Origin: Macrostomum lignano
Taxonomy: Eukaryota
Assembly: GCA_002269645.1 (NCBI GenBank)
Contig: NIVC01001049.1
Span: 309,836-373,835, forward strand
DNA length: 64,000 nucleotides
Direction of reading: 5' to 3'
Shown: piece after piece, positions 1-11,183 of the stretch
Layout: each line of letters opens with the position of its first letter
Position numbering within the stretch: position 1 is the first letter of the stretch
The notes under the pieces: generated by a model
Database searches by the model: none
Seen by the model: only the letters and a program-made list of their open reading frames with translations
Told to the model about the DNA's origin: nothing
Made by a program: the position numbers and the translations under genes

Positions 1-2255
1 AATCGACCATCCCGATAAATGACTGCAGCTGCTTGAGATTCTTTGGCTCTTCTAATCCTGCAATCTCCTTGGCTTTCTTTGGTGGTGGACGAATGCCGTT
101 TTCACTGATCTCATATCCCAGGAACATGATAGATGGCTTGTTAAAAGTCATTTTTCCTCGTTAATGCTTAGTCCACTCTCCTTTAAAATTCGAAGCACAT
201 TTGACAGTTGGTTGTCATGACTCTGTTGGTTGAAACCCCACACAAGAATGTCGTCATCTTGGTAGGAAATGACACCTTCTATGTTTATAAGCAACCTGTC
301 CATGAATGACTGAAAAATTGCTGGTGCTTGCTTTACTCCATATGCCAATGCAGTGGGCCTGTATAAGCCGAACGGAGTGCTCCACGTCAGCATCACGCTG
401 CTGTCTTCATCCACCGGTACTTGGAGGTACGCATTTGATAGGTCCAACGTAGAGAATCGGCGGGCACGGCCTAGTTTTGACAGAACTTCGTCAATTGTGG
501 GCGTTGTTGACACCATGTCTTTCAGCAGTAGGTTGAGGGTAACTTTGTAGTCACGACAAATCCGAACCTTTCCAGACTGCTTTCAAACACAGACATTGGG
601 TGTAGCCCACTCGCTGGATTCCACCTTCTAGAGCTGTCCAGCCTCTTCCATTCTCTTCAACTCGGCCTTGACATCGTCCTGAATCCCGTATGGAATTTGC
701 CGAGGTTTAAAAAAATGGGCTTTGCTCCCGCCTCAATGACCAATGATACAGAAAATCTTTTTACAGAGCACGCCGTTGTAGGATTCGAGCCGTCTTCCTC
801 AGGCACCGTACATTTTGTAATAAAAGTGTAGAGGTCTGGCTCAAGGGCAGCAATCCAATCTAGGCCATAGATAGATTCGGCTTTTGGGTTGTCCACCACA
901 AACAGAGTTAGGTCGTAACTTACTGAGTTTAGCTTGGCGTTCACAATAGCTTCGCCTTTCACTAGCACTGGATCCCCTTGATACGCAGCGAATCGTCTGC
1001 TTGTGGGCCTTACATTTGCTGGTTCGAGTAGGCTTTGAAACACCGAGCTTGACACGAACGTTGAGCACGACCCGGTGTCCAGTAGCATCTTGATTTTCGT
1101 ACCATTGACTACTACATGTCGCGTTATCCTTCTGCTTCCACGACCATCTTCCGGCGTCATCATCGAGAAAATGTGCCCGACTTGATCAGCTGCATCGTCG
1201 ATTGCTCTGACTCTGCTCCTTGGATGCCGTCCGCCTCCTTGTGACCATTTGTTGCTCGTTGAAGGCCGTTGTCCACCTTTGTTCGGTCCGCACCTGCAAA
1301 CTGCTTTGAGATGACCAACCTTACCACACTGAAGGCATGTCTTAGTCCGGTGGTGGCACTGGTCCTTTGTATGTCCTTCCTTGCCGCAGCAGAAGCACTT
1401 GACTTGGCGCAATTGGCCGTTCTTCTGGTCGCTTTTCTGGTACGCTGGCTTCTGGGCTTTCGATGTCGAAGGAGGATCTGTCTTGACATGTAGAATTTCG
1501 CCTCCTGAGATTTGTCTCTCGCCGCGACTTACGGCCTCGCATGCATTGGCCACCGTAGTTACTTTTTCCCACGTCAGATCTTTCAGTTTCTCCGTGAGCA
1601 ACTTTCTGACGATCTCCTTGTTCGACAGTCCGAAGATAAATTGGTCCCGCAGGCGGCCATTCAGTTCGGCGGTTGAAAAGCCGCAGTTCTCCGAACCCAG
1701 TCGCAGCCTTCTTGCGTAGGCAGAAACGTCTTCGCCGTCGTCCTGCTTGAGGTGATGGAACGCGTACCGGTATGCAATCTCGGATTTCGCCGCTTTCGTC
1801 TCCTTGATCAGCTGAGTTTTCAGATCAGCGTAGGTCTTGGCGTCAGGCTTATCTGGCAATAGCGCATCCGCCAACAGTGCGAAGGCCTTCTTGCCGAGGT
1901 GTGCGATGAGGGCGAACTTCTGAGCGGTGTCATCCCACTTGTTCAGCTTGGAAACTGCTTCGAAGCGTTGGAACCAGCGCTCAATTTCCGCTGGGGTTTC
2001 TGTCTCCAGAGGCTCGATAAGACCAGCCGTCGTCGCCAGTGTTCGTTTTTTGGGACGAGTAAGAAAATTGATCGAGTCTCAGCCTTTAGCTTAACTCTGC
2101 AGACACTTGGTCTTTTCAATTATATTTTGGCAACTCTTTAAGCCACCGAATTGAACTGTACAAATGTCCATAGACATCAATAGGATTCTCAGCCGTTGAC
2201 GGCTACTAAGCAAAGTGCATTCTCGAATAAATAAAAGTTCATCACAGTGCTAACA
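1..2255 (-). mobile_element. Ty3/Gypsy (Mag-like) LTR retrotransposon, 5' portion (5' LTR ~2040-2255, PBS, gag, protease, RT), cut by window edge
   Basis: The gag ORF has two CCHC knuckles (CFCCGKEGHTKDQC, CLQCGKVGHLKAVC), the protease has LLDTGS, and RT has YQDD (148-516). The PBS TGGCGACGA lies next to an LTR-like TGTT...AACA segment. RT is frameshifted. The right LTR boundary is inferred from terminal dinucleotides only. Confidence 0.93.
657..2039 (-). CDS. Gag-protease ORF of the LTR element, open from a CTG codon at the LTR/PBS junction
   Basis: Hand translation extends the listed ORF 55 codons upstream (LATTAGLIEPLETETPAEIERWFQRFEAVSKLNKWDDTAQKFALIAHLGKKAFAL) to CTG at 2039. An in-frame TGA lies further upstream in the LTR. 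Confidence 0.8.
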   Translation of the reverse strand: MATTAGLIEPLETETPAEIERWFQRFEAVSKLNKWDDTAQKFALIAHLGKKAFALLADALLPDKPDAKTYADLKTQLIKETKAAKSEIAYRYAFHHLKQDDGEDVSAYARRLRLGSENCGFSTAELNGRLRDQFIFGLSNKEIVRKLLTEKLKDLTWEKVTTVANACEAVSRGERQISGGEILHVKTDPPSTSKAQKPAYQKSDQKNGQLRQVKCFCCGKEGHTKDQCHHRTKTCLQCGKVGHLKAVCRCGPNKGGQRPSTSNKWSQGGGRHPRSRVRAIDDAADQVGHIFSMMTPEDGRGSRRITRHVVVNGTKIKMLLDTGSCSTFVSSSVFQSLLEPANVRPTSRRFAAYQGDPVLVKGEAIVNAKLNSVSYDLTLFVVDNPKAESIYGLDWIAALEPDLYTFITKCTVPEEDGSNPTTACSVKRFSVSLVIEAGAKPIFLNLGKFHTGFRTMSRPS

Positions 2256-2457
2256 CTGAGCAGCTAAGGGCGGATGGCAGAGCAGAGCTCAATCAAAGCA
2301 GTATTCTCAGGTATATCTGAGGTGCTTGAGAATAGGTACTGATTGGGATTGTTAAATTGGGTGAAATCACAAACTAAAACACTGACATTTCTACTTAGAG
2401 TAGGCAGATGCGCAAATGCTACATAAGACCTTACCAACAGTGAGATTCATGACTCAC

Positions 2458-3523
2458 CTTGACATCGCTCATGATGATCAGCAGGTCGGCGTTGACTTCC
2501 ACAGCCAGCCGGGCTGCCAGCGAGTCGTTGTCTTGGATGCTCAGCACGCCCTGCAGGTCCGAGTCCTGGCTTGGCGGCGGCGCCACCGCGTCGTTGGTGT
2601 TGACGATGGGGACGATGTTCAACCGAAGCAGCTCAGCCAGGGTGCTCCGCAGGTTGGCCCGCGAGTTGGCGTCCTCGAAGTCGGGCTTGGTGAGCAGGAT
2701 CTCGGCGGTCTGGATGCCGTACTGCATGAACAGCGCTTCGTACAGCGCCATGAGGCCGGACATGCCGGTGGCGGCGCAGGCCCTGGGGTCGATCTGGCTT
2801 TGAAAGGCCTTCCGGCGCGAGTTCACGTCGGCTGATAGCGTCTCGCCGATGCTCATGCTCATCATCTGCTGCTGGCGGAGCTTCTGCTTGCCGAAGGCCA
2901 CCGCGCCGCTGGTGACCAGCACGCAGTGACGGCCCTGTTGAAAAATTTCATGGGTGACGGTGACTGATTGAAAAGGTCGGGGAAATTGGGCGTACAGGAG
3001 AGAGGACCAGGTGTACAAGATAGAGGAATAGGTGTACAAGATAAAATACTAGGTGTACAAGATAGAGGACCAGGTGTACAAGATAGAGGACCAGGTGTAC
3101 AAGATAGAGGACTGGTGTACAAGATAGAGGACCAGGTGTACAAGATAGAGGACTGGTTTACAAGATAGAAGACTAGATGAAAAGGGTGAGATGAATTGTG
3201 CAAGCACCAACACCGGTGCTCACCTGCAGACACAGGTCGGAGATCTGCTCCACAATGGAGGCGAGGCGGCCCAGCGCCAGTCCGCACTCATCGGCTCGGG
3301 TGATGACGGCGCTGCCCAGCTTCACCACCACGTGCTCGGCGTATTTCAAGTCCTGCCGAGACTTGGGCGGCTGCGTGGCGACGGCCAAGGCAGCCGGCAC
3401 AGCGGAGAACGGAGCAATGGTGGAGCGGCCCGAGAGCGAGTGCCGCAGGCGGCAGCGCTGAACAGAGGCCAGACAGCAGGAGGCCTGGCGCGGCAGGGCG
3501 AGCATCCGCAGGCGGGCCAGCAT
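2458..3523 (-). CDS. ALDH18A1: P5CS (delta-1-pyrroline-5-carboxylate synthase) paralog copy B, exons 1-2 only (3224-3523, 2458-2934)
   Basis: Contains [12 protein letters not shown] and IVNTNDAV...[10 protein letters not shown] of the glutamate kinase domain. GT-AG junctions are at the same positions as in copy A. The LTR element sits about 200 bp into intron 2, so the remaining exons are outside the window or lost. Confidence 0.85.
3001..3170. repeat. 21-bp minisatellite (AGGACCAGGTGTACAAGATAG) in P5CS-B intron 1
   Basis: About 8 tandem copies visible. Confidence 0.95.
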
Positions 3524-3739
3524 CCCCGAGCGATGAAGCTGAATGCGGTTACGTATTCTAACGTATGTATTTAGCCCGTGAAGCAATATTGCTTAGAGAA
3601 CTCTGGGTTTTCGGAGATAACCGAAGCCTGGCTTGATTAAGTGCATTTGTACTTTTTTGTGAGTTATTTTGACAATGTCAATGACAATGGGATTAATGGG
3701 AAGGGGTTGGCCAAATCTCTAGGGTATTAAGTTTTGAAA

Positions 3740-4038
3740 GGCAGCAGAGCAGCTAAGGGCATGTGGCAGAGCAGGTGGCAGAGCAGCTAGAGCTAAGGGC
3801 AGGTGGCAGAGCAGCTAAGGGCAGGTGGCAGAGCAGCTAAGGGCAGGTGGCAGAGCAGCTAAGGGCAGGTGGCAGAGCAGCTAAGGGCAGGTGGCAGAGC
3901 AGCTAAGGGCAGGTGGCAGAGCAGCTAAGGGCAGGTGGCAGAGCAGCTAAGGGCAGGTGGTAGAGCAGCTAAGGGCAGGTGGTAGAGCAGCTAAGGGCAG
4001 GCAGCAGAGCAGCTAAGGGCAGGTGACAGCAGCTAAGG
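3740..4038. repeat. 22-bp minisatellite (AGAGCAGCTAAGGGCAGGTGGC) between the P5CS copies
   Basis: About 13 tandem copies. A single related unit occurs at ~2258-2285. Confidence 0.95.
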
Positions 4039-4679
4039 ATGCACGTGGGTGAATCGCATGAGTTGAATGCCTACAGCAGCTGTCACCAAGGGTCCCTAGT
4101 TACTACGGTACTTCCGGCGGAATGAACCAAAAAGAGAAGCAAGCACAGCGGTATTTTCTACATAAAGAAGCAAAAGTCAATACAAAGGTAAAAGCAAAGA
4201 TATTGGCAGTTTATTTTGTTAAAATCAGAATTTTAAGTCATGGAATAGTTTGTTCAAAATTGCGGATAAAAAAATATACTATTATGCGGAAAATATTGCT
4301 TAAATATTGCCTTTACCAATATATACTATCATGCTGAAAATATTGCTCAAATATTGCCTTTACCAAATTGATGTAAAAATTGTCATAATAATGTAAAACA
4401 GCAACCATTGCAGGTACGAGGAATGCCCAGAATTATCACATTGTAAACGCTAAGCAGACAGTCCTGGCTGGGAGCTCTGGGATTAAAAAAACCTGTGCGG
4501 TATTGTAAATAAACTGGAAGTCATAGTGAAGGATTGGCATCGCTGACTGGCCCGATGGATTCGCCGTCCGGCATGTACACAGTTGGACAGGCCGAAATGC
4601 TAGCATGGAACACCTGGACACTAATTATGGCTGTGCTAATCTAAAGTTAATCTAAAGGTCGGTTGATTGGCCCAGCGGC

Positions 4680-7600
4680 TCAGGCGGAGTCCGCACTCAG
4701 CAGGTTCTCGTGGACGAACTTCTTCGTGCCGTCGGCGAAGTCGCTGACCGTGTCGCCGCTGCCGTGCAGCAGCCACTTGGTGGTCAGGAGGCCCTCAACG
4801 CCCACCGGGCCGCGGGCGTGGATGCGGCTGGTGCTGATGCCCACCTCGGCGCCTGCGGGACGGGGAAAGGCGGCTTGAGATGATGGGAGGCTGAGTAGGG
4901 ATAAGGGCTGAGATGATGGGGAAGCTGAGTAGGGATAAGGGCTGAGATGATGGGGAAGTTGAGTAGGGATAAGGGCTGAGATGATAGGGAGGGTGAGTAG
5001 GGATAAGGGCTGAGATGATGGGGAAGCTGAGCAGGGATAAGGGCTGAGATGATGGGGAGGCTGAGTAGGAATAAGGGCTGAGATGATGGGAGGCTGAGTA
5101 GGGATAAGGGCTGAGATGATTAGGAGGCTGAGTAGGGATAAGGCTGAGATGATGGGGAGGCTGAGTAGGGATAAGGGCTGAGATGATGGGGAGGCTGAGT
5201 AGGGATAAGGCTGAGATGATGGGGAGGCTGAGTAGGGATAAGGGTTGAGATGATGGGTAAGCTGAGTAGGGATAAGTGCTGAGATGATGATGAAGGAAAG
5301 GACAAGAGGATTAACTCATATCAACTCACCCAGTCCGAAGCGGTAGCCGTCGGAGAAGCGGGTGCTGCAGTTGTGGAAGACACAGGCGCTGTCCACGTTG
5401 GTCAGGAAGCTGTTAACGTTGGTTTCTGGGGGGGGGAGACAAAATCAATTTGCATTCCAATGTGTGGCAATGGCCATCAATTTGCATTCCAATGTGTGGC
5501 AATGGCCATCAATTTGCATTCCAATGTGTGACAATGGCCATCAATTTGCATTCCAATGTGTGACAATGGCCATCAATTCGCATTCCAATTGACCACACTA
5601 TCCGCACATTAACCGCACTATTCACACATTAACCACACCATTCACACATTAAATAACATTGTTCACACAGTAAAGACACTATTCACACATCAACCGCATT
5701 ATTCACACATTTACCACACAACTCACACATTTATCACACTATTCGCACAATACCACACTATTCACATAATACCACACTATTCACATAATACCACACTATT
5801 CACACAATACCACACTATTCACACAATACCACACAATTTACACATTAACTGCACTATTCACACAATACCACACTATTCACACAATACCACACTATTCACA
5901 CAATACCACACTATTCACATAATACCACACTATTCACACAATACCACACTATTCACACAATACCACACTATTCACACAATACCACACTATTCACACAATA
6001 CCACACTATTCACACAATACCACACAATTTACACATTAACTACACTATTCACACAATACCACACTATTCACACAATACCACACTATTCACACAATACCAC
6101 ACCATTCAAACACCCCCTCACCGTTCTCAGACACGATGGAGTCGGTGTGGTGGCTGCCGTAGGTGTTGATGTGGTCCACAGCCTCCGCCACGCCGGACAC
6201 GATCTCGATGCAGCACTCCAGGCTGCTGTACTCCGTGCGCAGCGAGGTGGCCGGCGACGGGCCGAAGCGGATCTTCTTGGCCAGCCTGGGCCCGGTGTTC
6301 ACCTTCACCTGTGACAGGTGGGGGCGGGGGTGAAACAGGTTTAAGTCACAAATTCTTATCTATGCGCATGTACCTGGCGTACAATACAAGGTCAGCCGAA
6401 ACCAATTAATTATACTCACATCTCGAGACCTGAGCGCGTCGAACAGCTCATCAAAGAAGCCGCTCTTCAGGTGGTTCTCGTGCAGCAGCACAGTCTCCAT
6501 GGCGTTGCACGCGGCCGGGTAGTCGCACTTGGAGTCCAGCACTGCGGGAATGGCATTGAGCATCCGTACGTCAAGATCCACTACTACTTTAAGTACCATA
6601 CTGCGTAGAGCAAATACGAGTAGAGATATGGCTTAGACACTGAATGGCGGTTCAGTGGCGATTCGGGTTGAAAGCTGAAGCCCGGAGGAAGAGAGGGAGC
6701 GGCACTGCAATACTATACTGCAAAGCCACAGCAAAGCCAGTCACAGACCCTGGAGACTTGAAGAAGGGACTCACCAATTCGAATGGCCCGGTCCCTGTCC
6801 GCCAGCTCGTCGATGTAGACGTGGCAGACTCCGTCGCTGTGGCCCAGCACGGGGATGCCCACGCTCTGCCGCTGGATGTCGCGGATCATCTGGGCGGAGC
6901 CGCGCGGAATCACCAGGTCAACGTGCTCGCCCATGGCCAGCAGGTCGGACACCTGCTCCCGGCCGCCCACCAGCCCGACCAGGCGGGGACTCAGGCCGTG
7001 GGCGCGGACCGCCTCCTCCACCAGGCGGTGCAGGGCGCCGTTCGTCTGCTGGGCCTCGCTGCCGCCCTTGAGCAGCAGGCCGTTGCCGCTGGCGATGCTG
7101 AGGGCGGCCACCTAGGAGGGGGGGGCGGTGATTGCAGGTGATTACAGGTGATTACAGATGATTACAGATGATTACAGGTGATTACAGTGCTAACAGATGA
7201 TTTCCGGCTAATACAGTGCTTGTAGGTAATTATAGGCGATTACAGTGATTCAGGTGACATTGTGGCCGCAGAGACACGGAATACTTAAACTTCAAACAAA
7301 TCAAAGTAGTTCAGCTGTAAAAATGGCTACCTGCGGCAGGCAGTCGGGCCTGGACTCGAAGATGACCAGCAGCACTCCGATCGGCACGGTCACCTGCTCC
7401 AGCTTGAGGCCCTCGGCCAGTTTGGTGCGGCGCAGCACGCGGCCCAGCAGGCCGGGGCAGGAGTCGGCGATCTGCCGCAGCCCGTCGGCCAGCACCTGCA
7501 GCTTCTCAGGCGTGAGCTTCAGCCTGGCCAGCAGGTGCGGGCTGAGGCCAGTGGCGTTGCCAAGGTCCAGGCTGTTGGCCAGCAGGATGTCCGCCTGGCG

Positions 7601-9330
7601 CTCGATCTACGTGATGAGAGCGAGGCGTCTGGTCAGCCAGTCTGCATGCAGGGATCTAAGAGCTTCTTAAATTTCACATGTCGCCAAAAAGCATCCACTT
7701 CCACAAGGAGAATATTCAAGGCTCACCAGCAGGTCGGCCAGCTTCCTGATGACGCTCGCGCGGTCGTTGGCTGGCATGGCCTGCAGCTGCTGGCTGGCAG
7801 ACCGCGCCTCCCACGCCTGCTGCTCCACACCGACGCCCTCCGGTGGCGCCAAAGTAAAGAAGGTGCCGACCTTCTTGCCATTCAGCACGCTGGGGATGAC
7901 GTTGGCGGCCGTGCCCTCGCAGATGACCACAGAGGTGCCCTTGCGGACGGCCCACTGGGCGGCCTTGACCTTGGACTCCATGCCGCCCGTTCCTACACTG
8001 GATTTGCTGCCGAACTGCAGCATGGCGCTGTCAAAGTCCGGATTGAAGGTGTGCAGCAGGCGGGAGTCCTCGCGGTCTGGCGGCGAGGTGTACAGGCCCT
8101 GCCGGATCGGCGGATAACGGCAAGGTGAAAATGAAAGCGAAAAAACAAAATCTGAATCTGAGACCAGCCATGTTCGGCCTGGACACCGAGACTCACCTTG
8201 ACGTCGCTCATGATGATCAGCAATTCTGCGTTGACTTCCACAGCCAGCCGGGCTGCCAGCGAGTCGTTGTCCTGGATCCTCAGCACGCCCTGCAGGTCCG
8301 AGTCGTGTCTGGGCGGCGGCGCCACCGCGTCGTTGGTGTTGACGATGGGGACGATGTTCAGCTGCAGCAGCTCAGCCAGGGTGCTCCGCAGGTTGGCCCG
8401 CGAGTTGGCGTCCTCGAAGTCGGGCTTGGTGAGCAGGATCTCGGCGGTCTGGATGCCGTACTGCATGAACAGCGCTTCGTACAGCGCCATGAGGCCGGAC
8501 ATGCCGGTGGCGGCGCAGGCCCTGGGGTCGATCTGGCTTTGAAAGGCCTTCCGGCGCGAGTTCACGTCGGCTGATAGCGTCTCGCCGATGCTCATGCTCA
8601 TCATCTGCTGCTGGCGGAGCTTCTGCTTGCCGAAGGCCACCGCGCCGCTGGTGACCAGCACGCAGTGCTTTCCCTGCATGTTGATAAGCTCAGTTGTATG
8701 AATAATGAATGCGCACTCTGTTGGGAAGATGCAGTACACAGCTGATGGCTGGGAGGGTGTACACAGCTGATGGCTGGGAGGGTGTACACAGCTGATGGCT
8801 GGGAGGGTGTACACAGATGATGACTGGGAGGGTGTACACAGCTGATGGCTGGGAGGGTGTACACAGCTGATCGCTGGGAGGGTGTACACAGCTGATGGCT
8901 GGGAGGGTGTACACAGCTGATGACTGGGAGGGTGTACACAGCAGATGGCTGGTTGTACATCGTCTGGGAGTCACAGCTAGCAGCAAGCACAAATACCGGT
9001 GCTCACCTGCAGGCACATGTCGGAGATCTGCTCCACAATGGAGGCGAGGCGGCCCAGCGCCAGTCCGCACTCATCGGCGCGGGTGATGACGGCGCTGCCC
9101 AGCTTCACCACCACGTTCTCCGCGTATTTCAAGTCCTGCCGAGTCTTGGTCTCGGCGACGGGCGAGCCCGACACGGCTGAGTAGGCGGCGATGGGCGAGC
9201 GGCCGGACAGCGAATGGCGCAGGCGGCACTGCTTGGCCAGGCCGGCGGCCTGACGGGTCAGGGCGGGCATCCGCAGTTGGGCCAGCATCTTGGCTTGGGA
9301 ATAAGGCTGAGGGCAGGCGGGTGACGTCAT
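4680..9330 (-). CDS. ALDH18A1: P5CS copy A, complete 9-exon gene, ~787 aa: 9007-9330, 8197-8673, 7727-8098, 7331-7606, 6775-7111, 6420-6541, 6122-6308, 5330-5425, 4680-4852
   Basis: All introns are GT-AG with consistent phases. The glutamate kinase ([20 protein letters not shown]) and GSA dehydrogenase ([39 protein letters not shown]) motifs are present, with an Arg-rich N-terminal mitochondrial-type presequence. The start could instead be the Met at 9288. Confidence 0.95.
4875..5290. repeat. ~33-bp minisatellite (GCTGAGTAGGGATAAGGGCTGAGATGATGGGGA) in P5CS-A intron 8
   Basis: About 12 degenerate tandem copies. Confidence 0.93.
5444..5590. repeat. 32-bp minisatellite (ATCAATTTGCATTCCAATGTGTGGCAATGGCC) in P5CS-A intron 7
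   Basis: About 4.5 copies. Confidence 0.9.
5591..6110. repeat. 19-bp minisatellite (ACCACACTATTCACACAAT) in P5CS-A intron 7
   Basis: Long tandem array, more homogeneous toward its right end. Confidence 0.95.
7130..7250. repeat. 10-bp repeat (GATTACAGGT) in P5CS-A intron 4
   Basis: Degenerate tandem copies. Confidence 0.8.
8734..8960. repeat. 25-bp minisatellite (GTACACAGCTGATGGCTGGGAGGGT) in P5CS-A intron 1
   Basis: About 9 copies. Confidence 0.95.
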
Positions 9331-9368
9331 TAATTTGGCTTAAATCTAATATGATCTAAATCTACAGC

Positions 9369-9753
9369 GATTGGTGTCCCTAGATCTACTGGATTGGTGT
9401 CCCTAGATCTACTGGATTGGTGTCCCTAGATCTACTGGATTGGTGTCCCTAGATCTACTGGATTGGTGTCCTTAGATCTACTGGATTGGTGTCCCTAGAT
9501 CTACTGGATTGGTGTCCCTAGATCTACTGGATTGGTGTCCCTAGATCTACTGGATTGGTGTCCCTAGATCTACTGGATTGGTGTCCCTAGATCTACTGGA
9601 TTGGTGTCCCTAGATCTACTGGATTGGTGTCCTTAGATCTACTGGATTGGTGTCCCTAGATCTACTGGATTGGTGTCCCTAGATCTACTGGATTGGTGTC
9701 CCTAGATCTACTGGATTGGTGTCCCTAGATCTACTGGATTTGCGTCCCTAGAT
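9369..9753. repeat. 23-bp minisatellite (GATTGGTGTCCCTAGATCTACTG) just upstream of the P5CS-A start
   Basis: About 16 near-identical copies. Confidence 0.97.
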
Positions 9754-10202
9754 CTAAAATCTTTGACATAAAAAATAGGCATAAACAAGCCAAAGTTTTG
9801 CAATCCGAAGCAATATTAAAAACAGTGATCGCATGGTGACAAAGATCCAAATATTAAAATGGAGAGCAAAGCAACTCTTTGTTAACGATTGAAAATTTTG
9901 TTAATAAAAACACAAAAAAGAGAATTAGAGCACAGTTGAGTCGCCATCTGACAGCAGAGGCCAAGAGTGATTGTTCTGTGTGCTCAGGCAGGCAGCCGAG
10001 CACCCGGGGGCTCGTGTACAACTGGGCAAAGCAGCTGGCCACCGCACGGCGGGCAGGTCTGTCGCAGAGACAAAATAATGGAACAAAACCCCCGCACATG
10101 AGAGCGGAAAATTCTTGCTTGGCAACGAGTTGAGGTTGAGGGGTTGGAGAAATTCTCTCGCTGTATAAAGCTATTTATAGTGTGTAGAGTGGGGAGAGCA
10201 GG

Positions 10203-10815
10203 CGGACAGACAGACAGACAGACAGACACAGGCAGACAGACAGACAGACAGAAAGACAGACAGACAGAGGCAGACAGACACAGGCAGGCAGACACAGGCA
10301 GACAGACACAGGCAGACAGGCAGACACAGGCAGACAGACACAGGCAGACAGACAGGCAGACAGAGGCAGACAGACACAGGCAGACAGAGGCAGACAGACA
10401 CAGACAGACAGAGGCAGACAGACACAGGCAGACAGACACGGGCAGACAGACAGGCAGACAGAGGCAGACACAGGCAGACAGGCGGGCAGACAGACAGGCA
10501 GACAGAGGCAGACACAGGCAGACAGAGGCAGACACAGGCAGACACAGGCAGACAGGCAGACAGAGGCAGACAGACAGGCAGACAGAGGCAGACACAGGCA
10601 GACAGAGGCAGACAGATCTAGGCAGACAGACAGGCAGACAGAGGCAGACAGACACAGACAGACACAGGCAGACAGACACAGGCAGACAGAGGCAGACACA
10701 GGCAGACAGAGGCAGACAGACAGGCAGACAGAGGCAGACAGACACAGGCAGACACAGGCAGACAGAGGCAGACAGAGGCAGACAGGGGCAGACAGGGGCA
10801 GATAGACAGACAGAT
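10203..10815. repeat. Compound (CAGA)n / CAGG microsatellite
   Basis: Low-complexity GACA/GGCA tract. Confidence 0.97.
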
Positions 10816-11183
10816 TAGTGACGGCAGCAATAACAAATCCCAATGCCCGATTAAAACCGCTGATTATAAAAGACAATTCAGCAGAGAACGAGCAATTATA
10901 AGCACAAGAGATGTGTTTGAAAAACAATAAGGGCCCAGTAGAGGCCGGGATGTGTACAGCAGGTGGACTCCCTCCGAACAGCCAGGGCTGTGAATCACCC
11001 AGAGAACGCTGCTATTAGAAGCAAATCTTGCCAAGACAAGCGAATGTTCTGTGCAAAAAGAACGCACAGAGAAACGCAGCATGAATTCAAATAACTCGGA
11101 TAAATCCTGAGCACTCCGGCGTAATTTACAATTGTCGCAGCTTATCTGAGACCGTGGAGTTGTGGAGTAAAGGAGATTATCGA

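Noticed and set aside
2416-8574. Plus-strand ORFs overlapping P5CS exons
   Set aside because: Antisense shadows of GC3-rich coding exons.
9984-10927. Long ORFs rich in Cys/Leu/Ser/Val or Arg/Gln/Thr/Asp
   Set aside because: Translations of the (CAGA/CAGG)n microsatellite; stop-free by composition.
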